A DNA stretch of 64,000 nucleotides, from the IMG/VR virus record IMGVR_UViG_3300035034_002798, positions 1 to 64,000 of that record, one strand, 5' to 3'. A model generated the notes under the pieces. It did not search any database, was not told the DNA's origin, and saw only the letters and a list, made by a program, of their open reading frames with translations. The DNA comes from a virus. Below are positions 49,437-57,747 of the stretch, in pieces (positions within the stretch are counted from its first letter, which is position 1; each line of letters begins with the position of its first letter). The position numbers and the translations under genes were made by a program.

Positions 49437-49778
49437 TTAGTTACTAAAAGCTCTTCTCTTCTTTTCAGCTATCGCTTTTTCAGTGAGTTCATAAACAGGT
49501 GCAACAACATATCCACTCGTGATTTCATCGATTCTTTCATCTTTGATAACTTCAGCCTTTATCAACGCTTTTGCCATCCCTTCATTCTCGCTCCAATTCT
49601 TGATAGCGACCTGGTGACCGGGAAGGTTGACAAGATTGACAGTTGCCGTTGTGAAAGGCATACCTTCTTCTACGGTTGTGAGAGTTATTGCGACGTTATC
49701 GTTTTCTACATAGTGACTGAAATTGACATCACAAAGCTCTCCATGATAATCCACAACTATTTCGGACATAATTAACAA
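49437..49778 (-). CDS. DUF4313-like protein
   Basis: Y..N.N.AI.L......PF..ATVNL, SGYV..PVY. Confidence 0.6.
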   Translation of the reverse strand: MLIMSEIVVDYHGELCDVNFSHYVENDNVAITLTTVEEGMPFTTATVNLVNLPGHQVAIKNWSENEGMAKALIKAEVIKDERIDEITSGYVVAPVYELTEKAIAEKKRRAFSN

Positions 49779-49801
49779 CTCCTTTATAAGATAGTTAAAT
49801 T

Positions 49802-49887
49802 AATCTAACTTTAACAAACCCTCGCGAGCAAGCCTGTCAAATGATCTTCTTGACAGGCGCCGCGAAGTCGAAGGGTAGAACTAGATT
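49802..49887 (+). promoter_or_regulatory. dispersed hairpin element H8
   Basis: GCCTGTCAA-atgatcttc-TTGACAGGC, ACCCT/AGGGT, bubble, AATCTA/TAGATT; TTGACA-20-TAGAAC(T) with the -10 in the bubble. Confidence 0.65.
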
Positions 49888-50591
49888 TAGCTGGCGTTTT
49901 GAAATTCTTCGGGAGGTCTTAAGTCTGGTGGAACGGCATGTATTAGCTCTCCATTTATGATATAACCTTCGGTGCAGGATGGGTTATCAAATACTAAATA
50001 CTGTTCATCATTGTATCTAGCAAGTGTCCAGCTCCTGTGCTCAATAGAATACATGACGCGGCGGCAGTGGTCAGAATTATAATCAAACTCTAAGTGACCA
50101 AACCCTATATTAAACTCCTTTGGTGGCCACTGTTCATTCTCGTTTATCACCTTAGCCATATACTCAGCCACTTCCTTTATCTCAAAGTCTATATAGTCAA
50201 GTAAGTCCTTTTCATTAGGACCCTGAACAAAGTCTAAAAAGGCTTCACTCTTCCAGTCACCATTCTCTGTGTCGAAGACCATCAACTTCTTTGGTGTTTC
50301 CATAGTATATCTGGCAATAAGTGATGCAGTACCTGTCAAAGGACTAGAAATACTGCCTACTAGAATAACCTGTGTCGAATAATCTATTAACTGAATAATA
50401 TAATCTTTGTCACTACCATCTGGCTGGTGACTATCATTGAAATTAGCATAGATACTATCTATTACGTCTGATTGGATTTCGGGGACCACAACCTTGCGAT
50501 CACCTTTTTGTCCTAAATTGTTCAAAATACCCTTACAATAATTAATAATCTTGTCTGATTTACCCATTGGGAACACTATAACTCTTTCCAT
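49887..50591 (-). CDS. hypothetical protein
   Basis: 234-aa ORF, AGGAAGGA SD. Confidence 0.6.
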   Translation of the reverse strand: MERVIVFPMGKSDKIINYCKGILNNLGQKGDRKVVVPEIQSDVIDSIYANFNDSHQPDGSDKDYIIQLIDYSTQVILVGSISSPLTGTASLIARYTMETPKKLMVFDTENGDWKSEAFLDFVQGPNEKDLLDYIDFEIKEVAEYMAKVINENEQWPPKEFNIGFGHLEFDYNSDHCRRVMYSIEHRSWTLARYNDEQYLVFDNPSCTEGYIINGELIHAVPPDLRPPEEFQNAS

Positions 50592-50684
50592 TTATATCCT
50601 TCCTTTCTTTATTTAGGAACTATTTAATGCCAACAAGGCCATTTTTAAGCAATTATTCGAAGTTTTTAACGTCATAACATGATT

Positions 50685-50732
50685 TGGTTAGTATCGACTT
50701 GACAAAATGGGGGTTTTTGACGGTATTATATA
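50685..50732 (+). promoter_or_regulatory. 19-bp-spacer promoter class, copy 1
   Basis: TGGTTAG...cTTGACAaaa, 19-bp spacer, TATTATATA; same layout at 60739 and 62776. Confidence 0.6.
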
Positions 50733-50735
50733 AAT

Positions 50736-51080
50736 AGAGCGTCACTTTTCTGGGAAAAGGACTTTGGTCTTAATTCTTAGGCCTTTCGAGTTCTGTGATT
50801 TGAAAGTCTCCAGAAAACACAACACTGACGCTTTAACGAATTTGATATCAGAACTAAAGACGTTACTTGAACTTAGTTAATCAGTTATTGAACGATTTAT
50901 TGACAACTACCTAAAATGGGAGAGGTGTACTAAGAGGAGTGTCCTCTCAGACTCTTACATTCAGGGATAAATCCCTAAAAACCCTGGACTCATTGTTAAA
51001 AAGGGAGGGCGCGCAATAGCAGGTACACAAAAGTAACATTCAGATAGAGATCCCTTCTTAGGTGAAACCCTCTCCCCTTT
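50736..51080 (+). ncRNA. orphan large structured ncRNA, HEARO/omegaRNA-like architecture
   Basis: Nested helices with G-U wobbles on + strand, pseudoknot-type pairings, promoter immediately upstream, no ORF. Confidence 0.6.
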
Positions 51081-51120
51081 CAATTGCGATTGTTTTCCCC
51101 TGTCCCTTAACTATAATACC

Positions 51121-51149
51121 AGTGTATCATTTCTGTAATACATAATCAA
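51121..51149 (-). promoter_or_regulatory. sigmaA-type promoter with GTAATAC motif, convergent on the ncRNA
   Basis: TTGATT-17-TACACT with TG extension; near-copy of the promoter at 42176. Confidence 0.65.
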
Positions 51150-51319
51150 TAGTCATAACATAACTTATATACCTATCTCGTAATACAACCAAAAAGCCCG
51201 GCGCGGCAGGGAACATTATAACCATACTCTTGATTCTCCTTCTAATAGTGGTACTACTAACTCTACTAAGGATACTAAGGATACTAGCCAACTAGCCACT
51301 ACTAACTCACCCCCCAATA

Positions 51320-51425
51320 CTGCTTGCACTTGCACTTGTACCAGTAACTGTACCAGCACCTACACTTACACAATTGCTTACAATGTTACCAACACTTACA
51401 CTTGCGATTACATCTCCACTCACAA
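51320..51425 (-). repeat. distal copy of parS-like hexamer repeats
   Basis: Reverse complement reads GCAAGT/ACAAGT/GCTGGT/GTAAGT units like 58126-58505. Confidence 0.55.
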
Positions 51426-51623
51426 TAATGAATACAGACCAACCTGTTCCCTATTACACATCACTAAGAATACGACTGTCTCTCCCCGTCACACCTCACT
51501 ATTATTTAAGAGATGACTGTGACACGACACTTACTCTCCTTCGTATCGACTAATGTTGTCACTACCTATTCAATCACCTCATAACTAGATGTAACCACAA
51601 CTTATATAGATGAAAAGAACAAT

Positions 51624-51740
51624 TAATATAGGAGTAACTAAACCTGTAATATATGGGTAACTAGACCTGCTCCCTTAATATAGGGGTAACAATTAATATA
51701 TGGGTAACTAGTAATATAGGGGTAACTAGACCTGCTCCCT
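51624..51740 (+). repeat. five iteron-like 15-mer direct repeats
   Basis: TAATATA(G/T)G(G/A)GTAAC at 51624, 51647, 51676, 51694, 51712; two followed by TAGACCTGCTCCCT. Confidence 0.8.
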
Positions 51741-51850
51741 CCGGCCTCGGCGAATCTTCCCCCTAATACGGCTATACGAGATTAGCACGCTAGAGGGTCA
51801 TATGAGCGAGACCAGAGTTGAGAGGCTTCAATATATAGCTTAGATGCTAA

Positions 51851-52321
51851 CTAGTCCTTAAGCAGGCGCTCACGGACGAGAGAGAGTATATATCCCATCT
51901 TCGCTTTGTCCCTGTAGGTTTCCTGTGGGAATAGTTTCTTGCCATCATAGTCTATATTAATCGTGAAGCTAGTTTTGGTATCTCTTCTAGGGTTATAAAT
52001 CGAACCTTGTACGCGTGCCAGGCCTGAGGCAGGGTGTCTCCCTAGGGCGTCGGCAAGTTTAGACTGGTCTATATTAACACTTTCGAGCTTAATATCCTCC
52101 TGAAAGGCTCTACCTGAGCTGAAAGCTAGGTACCAGGGTTTATTTTCGGGCTTAGAGGCCACTTTGGTGCATTCATCTAAGAACACACGCATAGTATTAC
52201 CCTCACTTGTAGTAACGGGTAGTACATAGTGACCAAAGGTGCTATTATAGAACGGATTACCTTCTACTTTATATTTACCTCTCCAGCCTTCTACCTTCAC
52301 TGTATCGTTTTTAGTAATCAT
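51851..52321 (-). CDS. hypothetical protein
   Basis: GAGGAG SD. Confidence 0.6.
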   Translation of the reverse strand: MITKNDTVKVEGWRGKYKVEGNPFYNSTFGHYVLPVTTSEGNTMRVFLDECTKVASKPENKPWYLAFSSGRAFQEDIKLESVNIDQSKLADALGRHPASGLARVQGSIYNPRRDTKTSFTINIDYDGKKLFPQETYRDKAKMGYILSLVRERLLKD

Positions 52322-52579
52322 CTATTTACTCTCCTCTCTGCTTGCCTGAGCCTGGATTACTTCATAGTCATTATATACTCCTTGTTGGCCAAGAGAACGA
52401 ACACAACTGCCATCGTCGTAGAAAGTATACGACTCAACTACCGGGCCATCATCATCTCTGGCGATATCTAAATTAAGGCTGATATCATCACACTGGATAT
52501 TCTGAATCTTTTTCTGTTCCATAACCTCTGACATAACACTAATTTGTCTGTAACTTAACTCAAAATGCATATTAACCAC
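52322..52579 (-). CDS. hypothetical protein
   Basis: AAGGAG SD. Confidence 0.55.
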   Translation of the reverse strand: MVNMHFELSYRQISVMSEVMEQKKIQNIQCDDISLNLDIARDDDGPVVESYTFYDDGSCVRSLGQQGVYNDYEVIQAQASREESK

Positions 52580-52635
52580 TCCTTATATAGTATTTACTTA
52601 AAGACTAATAAACTGAACAACTAATAAATCTTACC

Positions 52636-52706
52636 CAATACGTATCCACGACCACCGCGGCGTGTCAAATGGGTTTCTTGACACGGTAGGACGGGCGTGA
52701 TATTGT
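52636..52706 (+). promoter_or_regulatory. dispersed hairpin element H9
   Basis: CGTGTCAA-atgggtttc-TTGACACG, CACG/CGTG, CAATA/TATTG; TTGACA-17-TATTGT with TG extension. Confidence 0.65.
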
Positions 52707-52860
52707 TTTAGTACAGGACAATAAACATACTACAAAGCTAGAACTTTTAAACTTCAGGCCGAGTGTACAACCACCCGACCCGAAGGGTCTGTCTAAGTTT
52801 CAGAACTAGACTCAATACGAGAACATACCTAACAACCAGGGCCCGAAGGGCCTATAAGAG

Positions 52861-54168
52861 TTACGCCTTAATATAGGCATCTCTTACTTTGTCAGTTATA
52901 AACTGAGCGGTAGCTTCTCTTTTGATGCTAGTATTCTGATCCTTATCAAAGAATCTTAGGGAGCCATTATAGAACACAGCTACAAACTGTGCTTTCTTGT
53001 CTCCTGCTTCTAGTTCAACATCCGCTATTGCGGTGCCATTAGTGATGTCTTCTAGGTCATCACGCAATTTAGAAATGCTCCAGCGATCTAGTCCATGATC
53101 GGCAGTCTTCTGCTTTCTCTTTGGATTAGTATCTACTGGGGCTTTCTTTGTTTTAGGAGCGGGTTTCTTGCTGGCCCGCTTTTTGTTTGCTGCTTCTTGA
53201 GCAAAGTACTCAGTAGCAGGGATTTCTTTGATTAGTCTGCGTCCATTAACCTTAACAACCATGCCGTTCTTAACTAGCACAGTTTCTTCTTCGTCTTGAT
53301 TCTTACGCACAGGATTCACCCCCTCGTCTTTAGTATTTTCACCAGTGTTAAAGTCTGCCTCTGCCCGCTTTTTCTTACGGGTATATACTTTTCTGATCTC
53401 ACCAATTAGGTGCTTTGTTACGTGATCAGGAACCTCATCCCCAGCTTCTTCTTTATCTAATGCATCTTCATACTTAATAAATAGGGACTCGTCATTATAG
53501 ATTGCTTCACCGCTGATATAGCTGCCATCTCCTCTAATTAGGGTAACGTCAGCTACTAAGTCACTATCAGCAAGCTCTTCCTTGTAATACACCTCATCTA
53601 CTGTTACTTCTCTGAATCCGTCTTCTACCAGTGTCTTCATCTGCTCTCCTGAAACTAATACTTCTTCAGGATCCTCGTTAACCTCGCCCAGTTCTTTCTT
53701 ATAGGCGCGGATTAAGGCCATCTTGATAGCTTCCCATTCTTTTCCTCGCAGGTCATCACCATAGGTTTCATATTCTAAGTTGCCATCTATAAGGGAAACC
53801 TCAAGTATCTGGTTGTGGCCGGATCCATAGGTTATCTTCAGGTCGGCTACATAGGTCTCAGCATCTAAATTAACCGCGGAGTCCCCAAGGTAGTAAGCAT
53901 TAACAGCAACTTTCTCAATGCTCTCAACGTTCCTTAGAATCACATCTTTTTCTTCTGTCATCTTCTTTTCCTCCTTATTAGTAGTATCTGTCTCTTCTTC
54001 TGGTAGCTCATCGATAATAGACTGAGCGCGCTTCTCACCGATCCCTTTGATGGAGGTTAATCCACCCTGGGATACCTCAACTGATTCTATCCCTTCCTCT
54101 GCCGCCACTTTATGCATTCTCTTTGTGATTAAGTCCAGGTCAAATAGTCTCTCTACTGTAATTGTCAT
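52861..54168 (-). CDS. HhH motif plus three repeated beta-sheet/helix domains
   Basis: LTSIKGIGEKRAQSI; three units with (V/I)AD(L/V).(I/L)...L.(Y/F)...R.(A/V)Y. Confidence 0.6.
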   Translation of the reverse strand: MTITVERLFDLDLITKRMHKVAAEEGIESVEVSQGGLTSIKGIGEKRAQSIIDELPEEETDTTNKEEKKMTEEKDVILRNVESIEKVAVNAYYLGDSAVNLDAETYVADLKITYGSGHNQILEVSLIDGNLEYETYGDDLRGKEWEAIKMALIRAYKKELGEVNEDPEEVLVSGEQMKTLVEDGFREVTVDEVYYKEELADSDLVADVTLIRGDGSYISGEAIYNDESLFIKYEDALDKEEAGDEVPDHVTKHLIGEIRKVYTRKKKRAEADFNTGENTKDEGVNPVRKNQDEEETVLVKNGMVVKVNGRRLIKEIPATEYFAQEAANKKRASKKPAPKTKKAPVDTNPKRKQKTADHGLDRWSISKLRDDLEDITNGTAIADVELEAGDKKAQFVAVFYNGSLRFFDKDQNTSIKREATAQFITDKVRDAYIKA

Positions 54169-54271
54169 AATATATACCCCCTGGCTGATTGAGGAGCCAC
54201 CCTATATATTTGATGTTAAATAAAATAATGCCAGACATTTATAGAGCGCCTCTGAGCCGGGCGCTGTGAGA

Positions 54272-55216
54272 TTACTTAAAGTTAACGATAATATTTGGTA
54301 AATAGACTCTATTTAGATCTCTTCTCCAGATAGCTCTCTCTGGTATAACTCTGTGTGGTGCATAGAAAGGGCATTTATCTGCATGGTAGGCAAAGTCAGC
54401 CTCACGCAGCTCGGACATATCAGTATGCTTTCCCCCAGTCTTTACTGAAAAGAAAGCGTTATCTGAATAAGTCCCTCCTCCTGTCACACGTTTTTCACCA
54501 TTGAGATACATGTGGCCTTTGAGACCGTGTAATAGACCATGATCTCTTGTTGCCAACCAGTTCCCTGACTCAGAAGCGCCATCATCCAGAGTTTCCCCTG
54601 TCATAGCACATCTATTACTTGGTTTAAAGGCATCTCCTGAAACTGGTCCTTCAGCCGGCTGGACATAGCACTTGTTAACACAGTTAGAGCAGGACGGGAA
54701 CTCATCATTGTAGTCATTATCATGCCAGAAGCGGTTATCGACCTCATCATGCTTCTGGGTCAATATGAGGTTAAGCTTCTTCCACATTGCAACCGATGCT
54801 GCACCTCTAAGTGCATTTGTTAAATAGAAGATCCCTGTATCAGCCTCAATTGAACCAATAGTCTGGCCGCGGATATCACCGGGATTCTCTAATAAGAACA
54901 ACTCTTCTTCTGTCTTCATGGCCCCCGGCTTCTCTAAGCCAGAACTAACGGGCACAACTGTAATCTTATTCTGCCTGATCTCATCAAGTCCCTTATAAGT
55001 CTTTAGATTAACAAGTATCTTAATAAGTGGATCTTCATTCCACTCCTCGTTAATCTCAAACCGTCCTTTAAGTTTGATCAGTACTTCACCCAGGAAGTTA
55101 GTTTTCCAGGACTTATACTGATTACCACCATTGCCGTGATTCTTTCCCATAATCCTAACTGTTTCTATACTAGCCTCTAATACATCTTGGCCAAACTTCT
55201 TTAAATAAACGCTCAT
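54272..55216 (-). CDS. hypothetical Cys-containing protein
   Basis: CSNC...C...C...CPFY; AAGGAGG SD. Confidence 0.6.
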   Translation of the reverse strand: MSVYLKKFGQDVLEASIETVRIMGKNHGNGGNQYKSWKTNFLGEVLIKLKGRFEINEEWNEDPLIKILVNLKTYKGLDEIRQNKITVVPVSSGLEKPGAMKTEEELFLLENPGDIRGQTIGSIEADTGIFYLTNALRGAASVAMWKKLNLILTQKHDEVDNRFWHDNDYNDEFPSCSNCVNKCYVQPAEGPVSGDAFKPSNRCAMTGETLDDGASESGNWLATRDHGLLHGLKGHMYLNGEKRVTGGGTYSDNAFFSVKTGGKHTDMSELREADFAYHADKCPFYAPHRVIPERAIWRRDLNRVYLPNIIVNFK

Positions 55217-55228
55217 ATTAATTCCTCC

Positions 55229-55411
55229 TTAAAATGGTAAATCAGTCGTCTCAGTATTGTCGGTGTCTGTATTATCTGGACAGTAAACATGGACGCGGCC
55301 ATTACCGCGCTTTTCATTTAAAGTCAGGTCAGCAAGCCTCTGATCGTCCTCAGAGTACACTTGCTCTCCTCCTTCAATCCATGTATAATCATAACTAGGC
55401 AAAGTAATCAC
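55229..55411 (-). CDS. small protein ending in SSB-like DLPF tail
   Basis: AAGGAGG SD; acidic tail TETTDLPF. Confidence 0.5.
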   Translation of the reverse strand: MITLPSYDYTWIEGGEQVYSEDDQRLADLTLNEKRGNGRVHVYCPDNTDTDNTETTDLPF

Positions 55412-55437
55412 CTCCTTTCTTTGGAGTCTTATTTTGT

Positions 55438-55626
55438 CTACTCAAATAAAGACATCTGCACGAGATCACTAGTCTCTGCAGAAGAACGGTTACGCATGGG
55501 CCAGCCCTTAGAAGACGCTTTCTTGGCGATAGCGTATCTTTGCTTATATGGCATGTTATTCCAACGGTCCATGTTATAACCGTTAGCATCCCACCAGCCC
55601 TTTCCTTTACTTACAAGTCCAGTCAT
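55438..55626 (-). CDS. hypothetical protein
   Basis: GGAGG SD; terminal QMSLF clamp-binding-like motif. Confidence 0.5.
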   Translation of the reverse strand: MTGLVSKGKGWWDANGYNMDRWNNMPYKQRYAIAKKASSKGWPMRNRSSAETSDLVQMSLFE

Positions 55627-56034
55627 TTACTTCACCTCCAGTCCTAATTCTTTTCTGAAGACACTCTTCCAGCCATTTTCTCTTACCTGCTGCATGATCT
55701 CATCATCATAGCCATTAGCAAACATGATATTAGTCTTAGGCCCTTGAGCTCGCCACTTAATGTCAATCTTAAAGCCGGCATCCTCCAGGGTTTCTAATAC
55801 TGAGTCCACATCAACATCTGTGGTACCCACATAGTCTAAAAGCCACCTCCTCTGGTGCTCGCTCTTAGACTCATGACGCTTTCTTCGATCTTTCTTGGAG
55901 GATAAGTCAACAAAGCGGCTCTTTTGGTGGTACTGAGCCTTACTCATCTCACCTCTCCTTGAATCGTGACCTCTCTTTTCCGCACTTACCAAACAATCAA
56001 ATACCTCTTTATCAACAAAGCAATCGAATCTCAT
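55627..56034 (-). CDS. hypothetical protein
   Basis: AAGGAGG SD. Confidence 0.55.
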   Translation of the reverse strand: MRFDCFVDKEVFDCLVSAEKRGHDSRRGEMSKAQYHQKSRFVDLSSKKDRRKRHESKSEHQRRWLLDYVGTTDVDVDSVLETLEDAGFKIDIKWRAQGPKTNIMFANGYDDEIMQQVRENGWKSVFRKELGLEVK

Positions 56035-56306
56035 TATTTAGCCTCCTTTAATACGGGTACCTTGACCCTACTGCCAATACTCAACATTAAGTCCTGTCCA
56101 TTTTCCTGTCTGAAGTAATAAACGGCCTTCCTTGTGTCAACCTCTGGTGAGTTATAGACCTGCACTATATCCCAGGCTGTATCGCCTGAGCTTACATTGT
56201 GCATAATGACATCGTAATCTTCTACTTCCCCAACCCCTGACATCCCCACAACAACAAAAGACCCCAGCACAACAACTAGGGCAATAACAGTAATTAACTT
56301 CTTCAT
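56034..56306 (-). CDS. membrane-anchored LysM protein, YneA-like
   Basis: N-terminal TM, then HNVSSGDTAWDI...D.R..V......N......IG..VKVP. Confidence 0.75.
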   Translation of the reverse strand: MKKLITVIALVVVLGSFVVVGMSGVGEVEDYDVIMHNVSSGDTAWDIVQVYNSPEVDTRKAVYYFRQENGQDLMLSIGSRVKVPVLKEAK

Positions 56307-56371
56307 ATATATCTCCTCCTAAAGAGAATTAGTTTGGCAGTTTAACGCCATGCCTAGGGCGCCACAAGGGA

Positions 56372-56554
56372 TTAATGAGTAATAGATTCCAGTACATCCA
56401 CTGGGTAGCCCTCTAGAGTACCGTCTTTACGTACCCTATAGAGCTCGTTACCTATTAGCTCGTAGTGTGAGAAACAACCCAGCTCAGGACAGCGCTTATT
56501 CATACGACCATACATGGCCTTAACCTCATGTGACTTGAGTACTCTTACTCTCAT
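56372..56554 (-). CDS. hypothetical protein
   Basis: GGAGG SD. Confidence 0.5.
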   Translation of the reverse strand: MRVRVLKSHEVKAMYGRMNKRCPELGCFSHYELIGNELYRVRKDGTLEGYPVDVLESITH

Positions 56555-56559
56555 TGTAG

Positions 56560-57732
56560 TTACGCCTCCTTATTATTGTCTTCGCCTTTGAAGCCCTCTA
56601 CAAAAGAAGACTTAAGAGATTTAAAGAAACCACCAGTATTATTCGCGGCAGAAGCAGTCTTTTCTATTACTGTACCTGCTGCCTCATCAACCTTTCTTAT
56701 ACCAGTACCAGCTAGCTTACTGGCACCCTGGACACCTTGACCAGTCTTAGTGATAGCTGTCTTAACACCAGATCCAGTCTTCTTTACCCCAGCCTCTAAG
56801 CCCATAGCTGTCTTACCTAAGCCACGACCCAGCTTGTCTGATAATCTAGCCTTCTCTTTCTTAAGCTTATCTGTCATCTTATTCACCTCCTTAGTCTTAG
56901 TCTTGCTCTCTGCCTGCTCGTCAGAGGACTCATTGATAATAACTACTCTGCCCTCATCTAGCTGTCTCTTGATCTCTGTTACTACCTGTTTGAACTTAGG
57001 CTTCCAGATACCACTCATATCATTGGAACCTGAGAACCACTCGTATGTCAGCTCATCTATATCCTCACCATGTTCAAGCATAGACTCAATAGTAGCTCTA
57101 AGCTCCTCGTTCATAGCGTCTACCATCTTGAGTATGTCCTTGTCTGCCATCTTAATCTTAGTCTTCTTAGTCATTGTTGTTGCCCCCTTATTAGTGCTAG
57201 CTGCCTCAGCTTCCAGGCCAGCCGCTTCTTCTGTTGTATCCTTCTCCTCAGCACTCACCTCCTTTTCCTTTGAGATAGCATCTAAGATATCACCTCTTAT
57301 GCCACTATCTGCTGCCATAAACGCATCAAAATCAGCAAGTGACTCAGTAGGCACGTCATCTAGTTTAGTACCTTTATCGGCAGCAGCCTCTAATACTGCC
57401 TTAGCCTCTCTCTCTCTTTCTTCTCTATTTACTTGGTAAGGAGCAGGATAACTCCCTACATCCATCAGGCCTTCCCTCTTCTCTGGATTGTACTTCTTAA
57501 TGAAGATGGTTCTTTCTTCAGGCAGTATTACATACTGTACAGGCACGCCAGAGATCCATGTCTTGGCAACAATATCTTGCTCCCTGTTGCCTATTGCGTC
57601 ATTAAGAGCACGCACAAGACTAACTGGATTATTGAATGTAACCTCACCATCACCAACAGAAAGAGTAACCTCTCTGTTGTCTGAGTCGTTAAATAATGCC
57701 TTTGCTAAGTCGATATTGTTATTGATTCTCAT
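56560..57732 (-). CDS. hypothetical protein with C-terminal amphipathic G/K/T/A-rich repeats
   Basis: First gene of the minus-strand arm; AGGAAGGAG SD. Confidence 0.65.
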   Translation of the reverse strand: MRINNNIDLAKALFNDSDNREVTLSVGDGEVTFNNPVSLVRALNDAIGNREQDIVAKTWISGVPVQYVILPEERTIFIKKYNPEKREGLMDVGSYPAPYQVNREEREREAKAVLEAAADKGTKLDDVPTESLADFDAFMAADSGIRGDILDAISKEKEVSAEEKDTTEEAAGLEAEAASTNKGATTMTKKTKIKMADKDILKMVDAMNEELRATIESMLEHGEDIDELTYEWFSGSNDMSGIWKPKFKQVVTEIKRQLDEGRVVIINESSDEQAESKTKTKEVNKMTDKLKKEKARLSDKLGRGLGKTAMGLEAGVKKTGSGVKTAITKTGQGVQGASKLAGTGIRKVDEAAGTVIEKTASAANNTGGFFKSLKSSFVEGFKGEDNNKEA

Positions 57733-57747
57733 GATAAAACTCCTTCC

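Noticed and set aside
50736-51080. Group I intron, RNase P RNA or tmRNA
   Set aside because: Conserved P7, GAGGAAAGUCC and T-arm signatures not found; no interrupted host gene
10502-52706. Hairpin family as integron attC sites, CRISPR repeats or terminators
   Set aside because: No RYYYAAC/GTTRRRY ends or integrase, spacing of kilobases with several genes between copies, no U-tract
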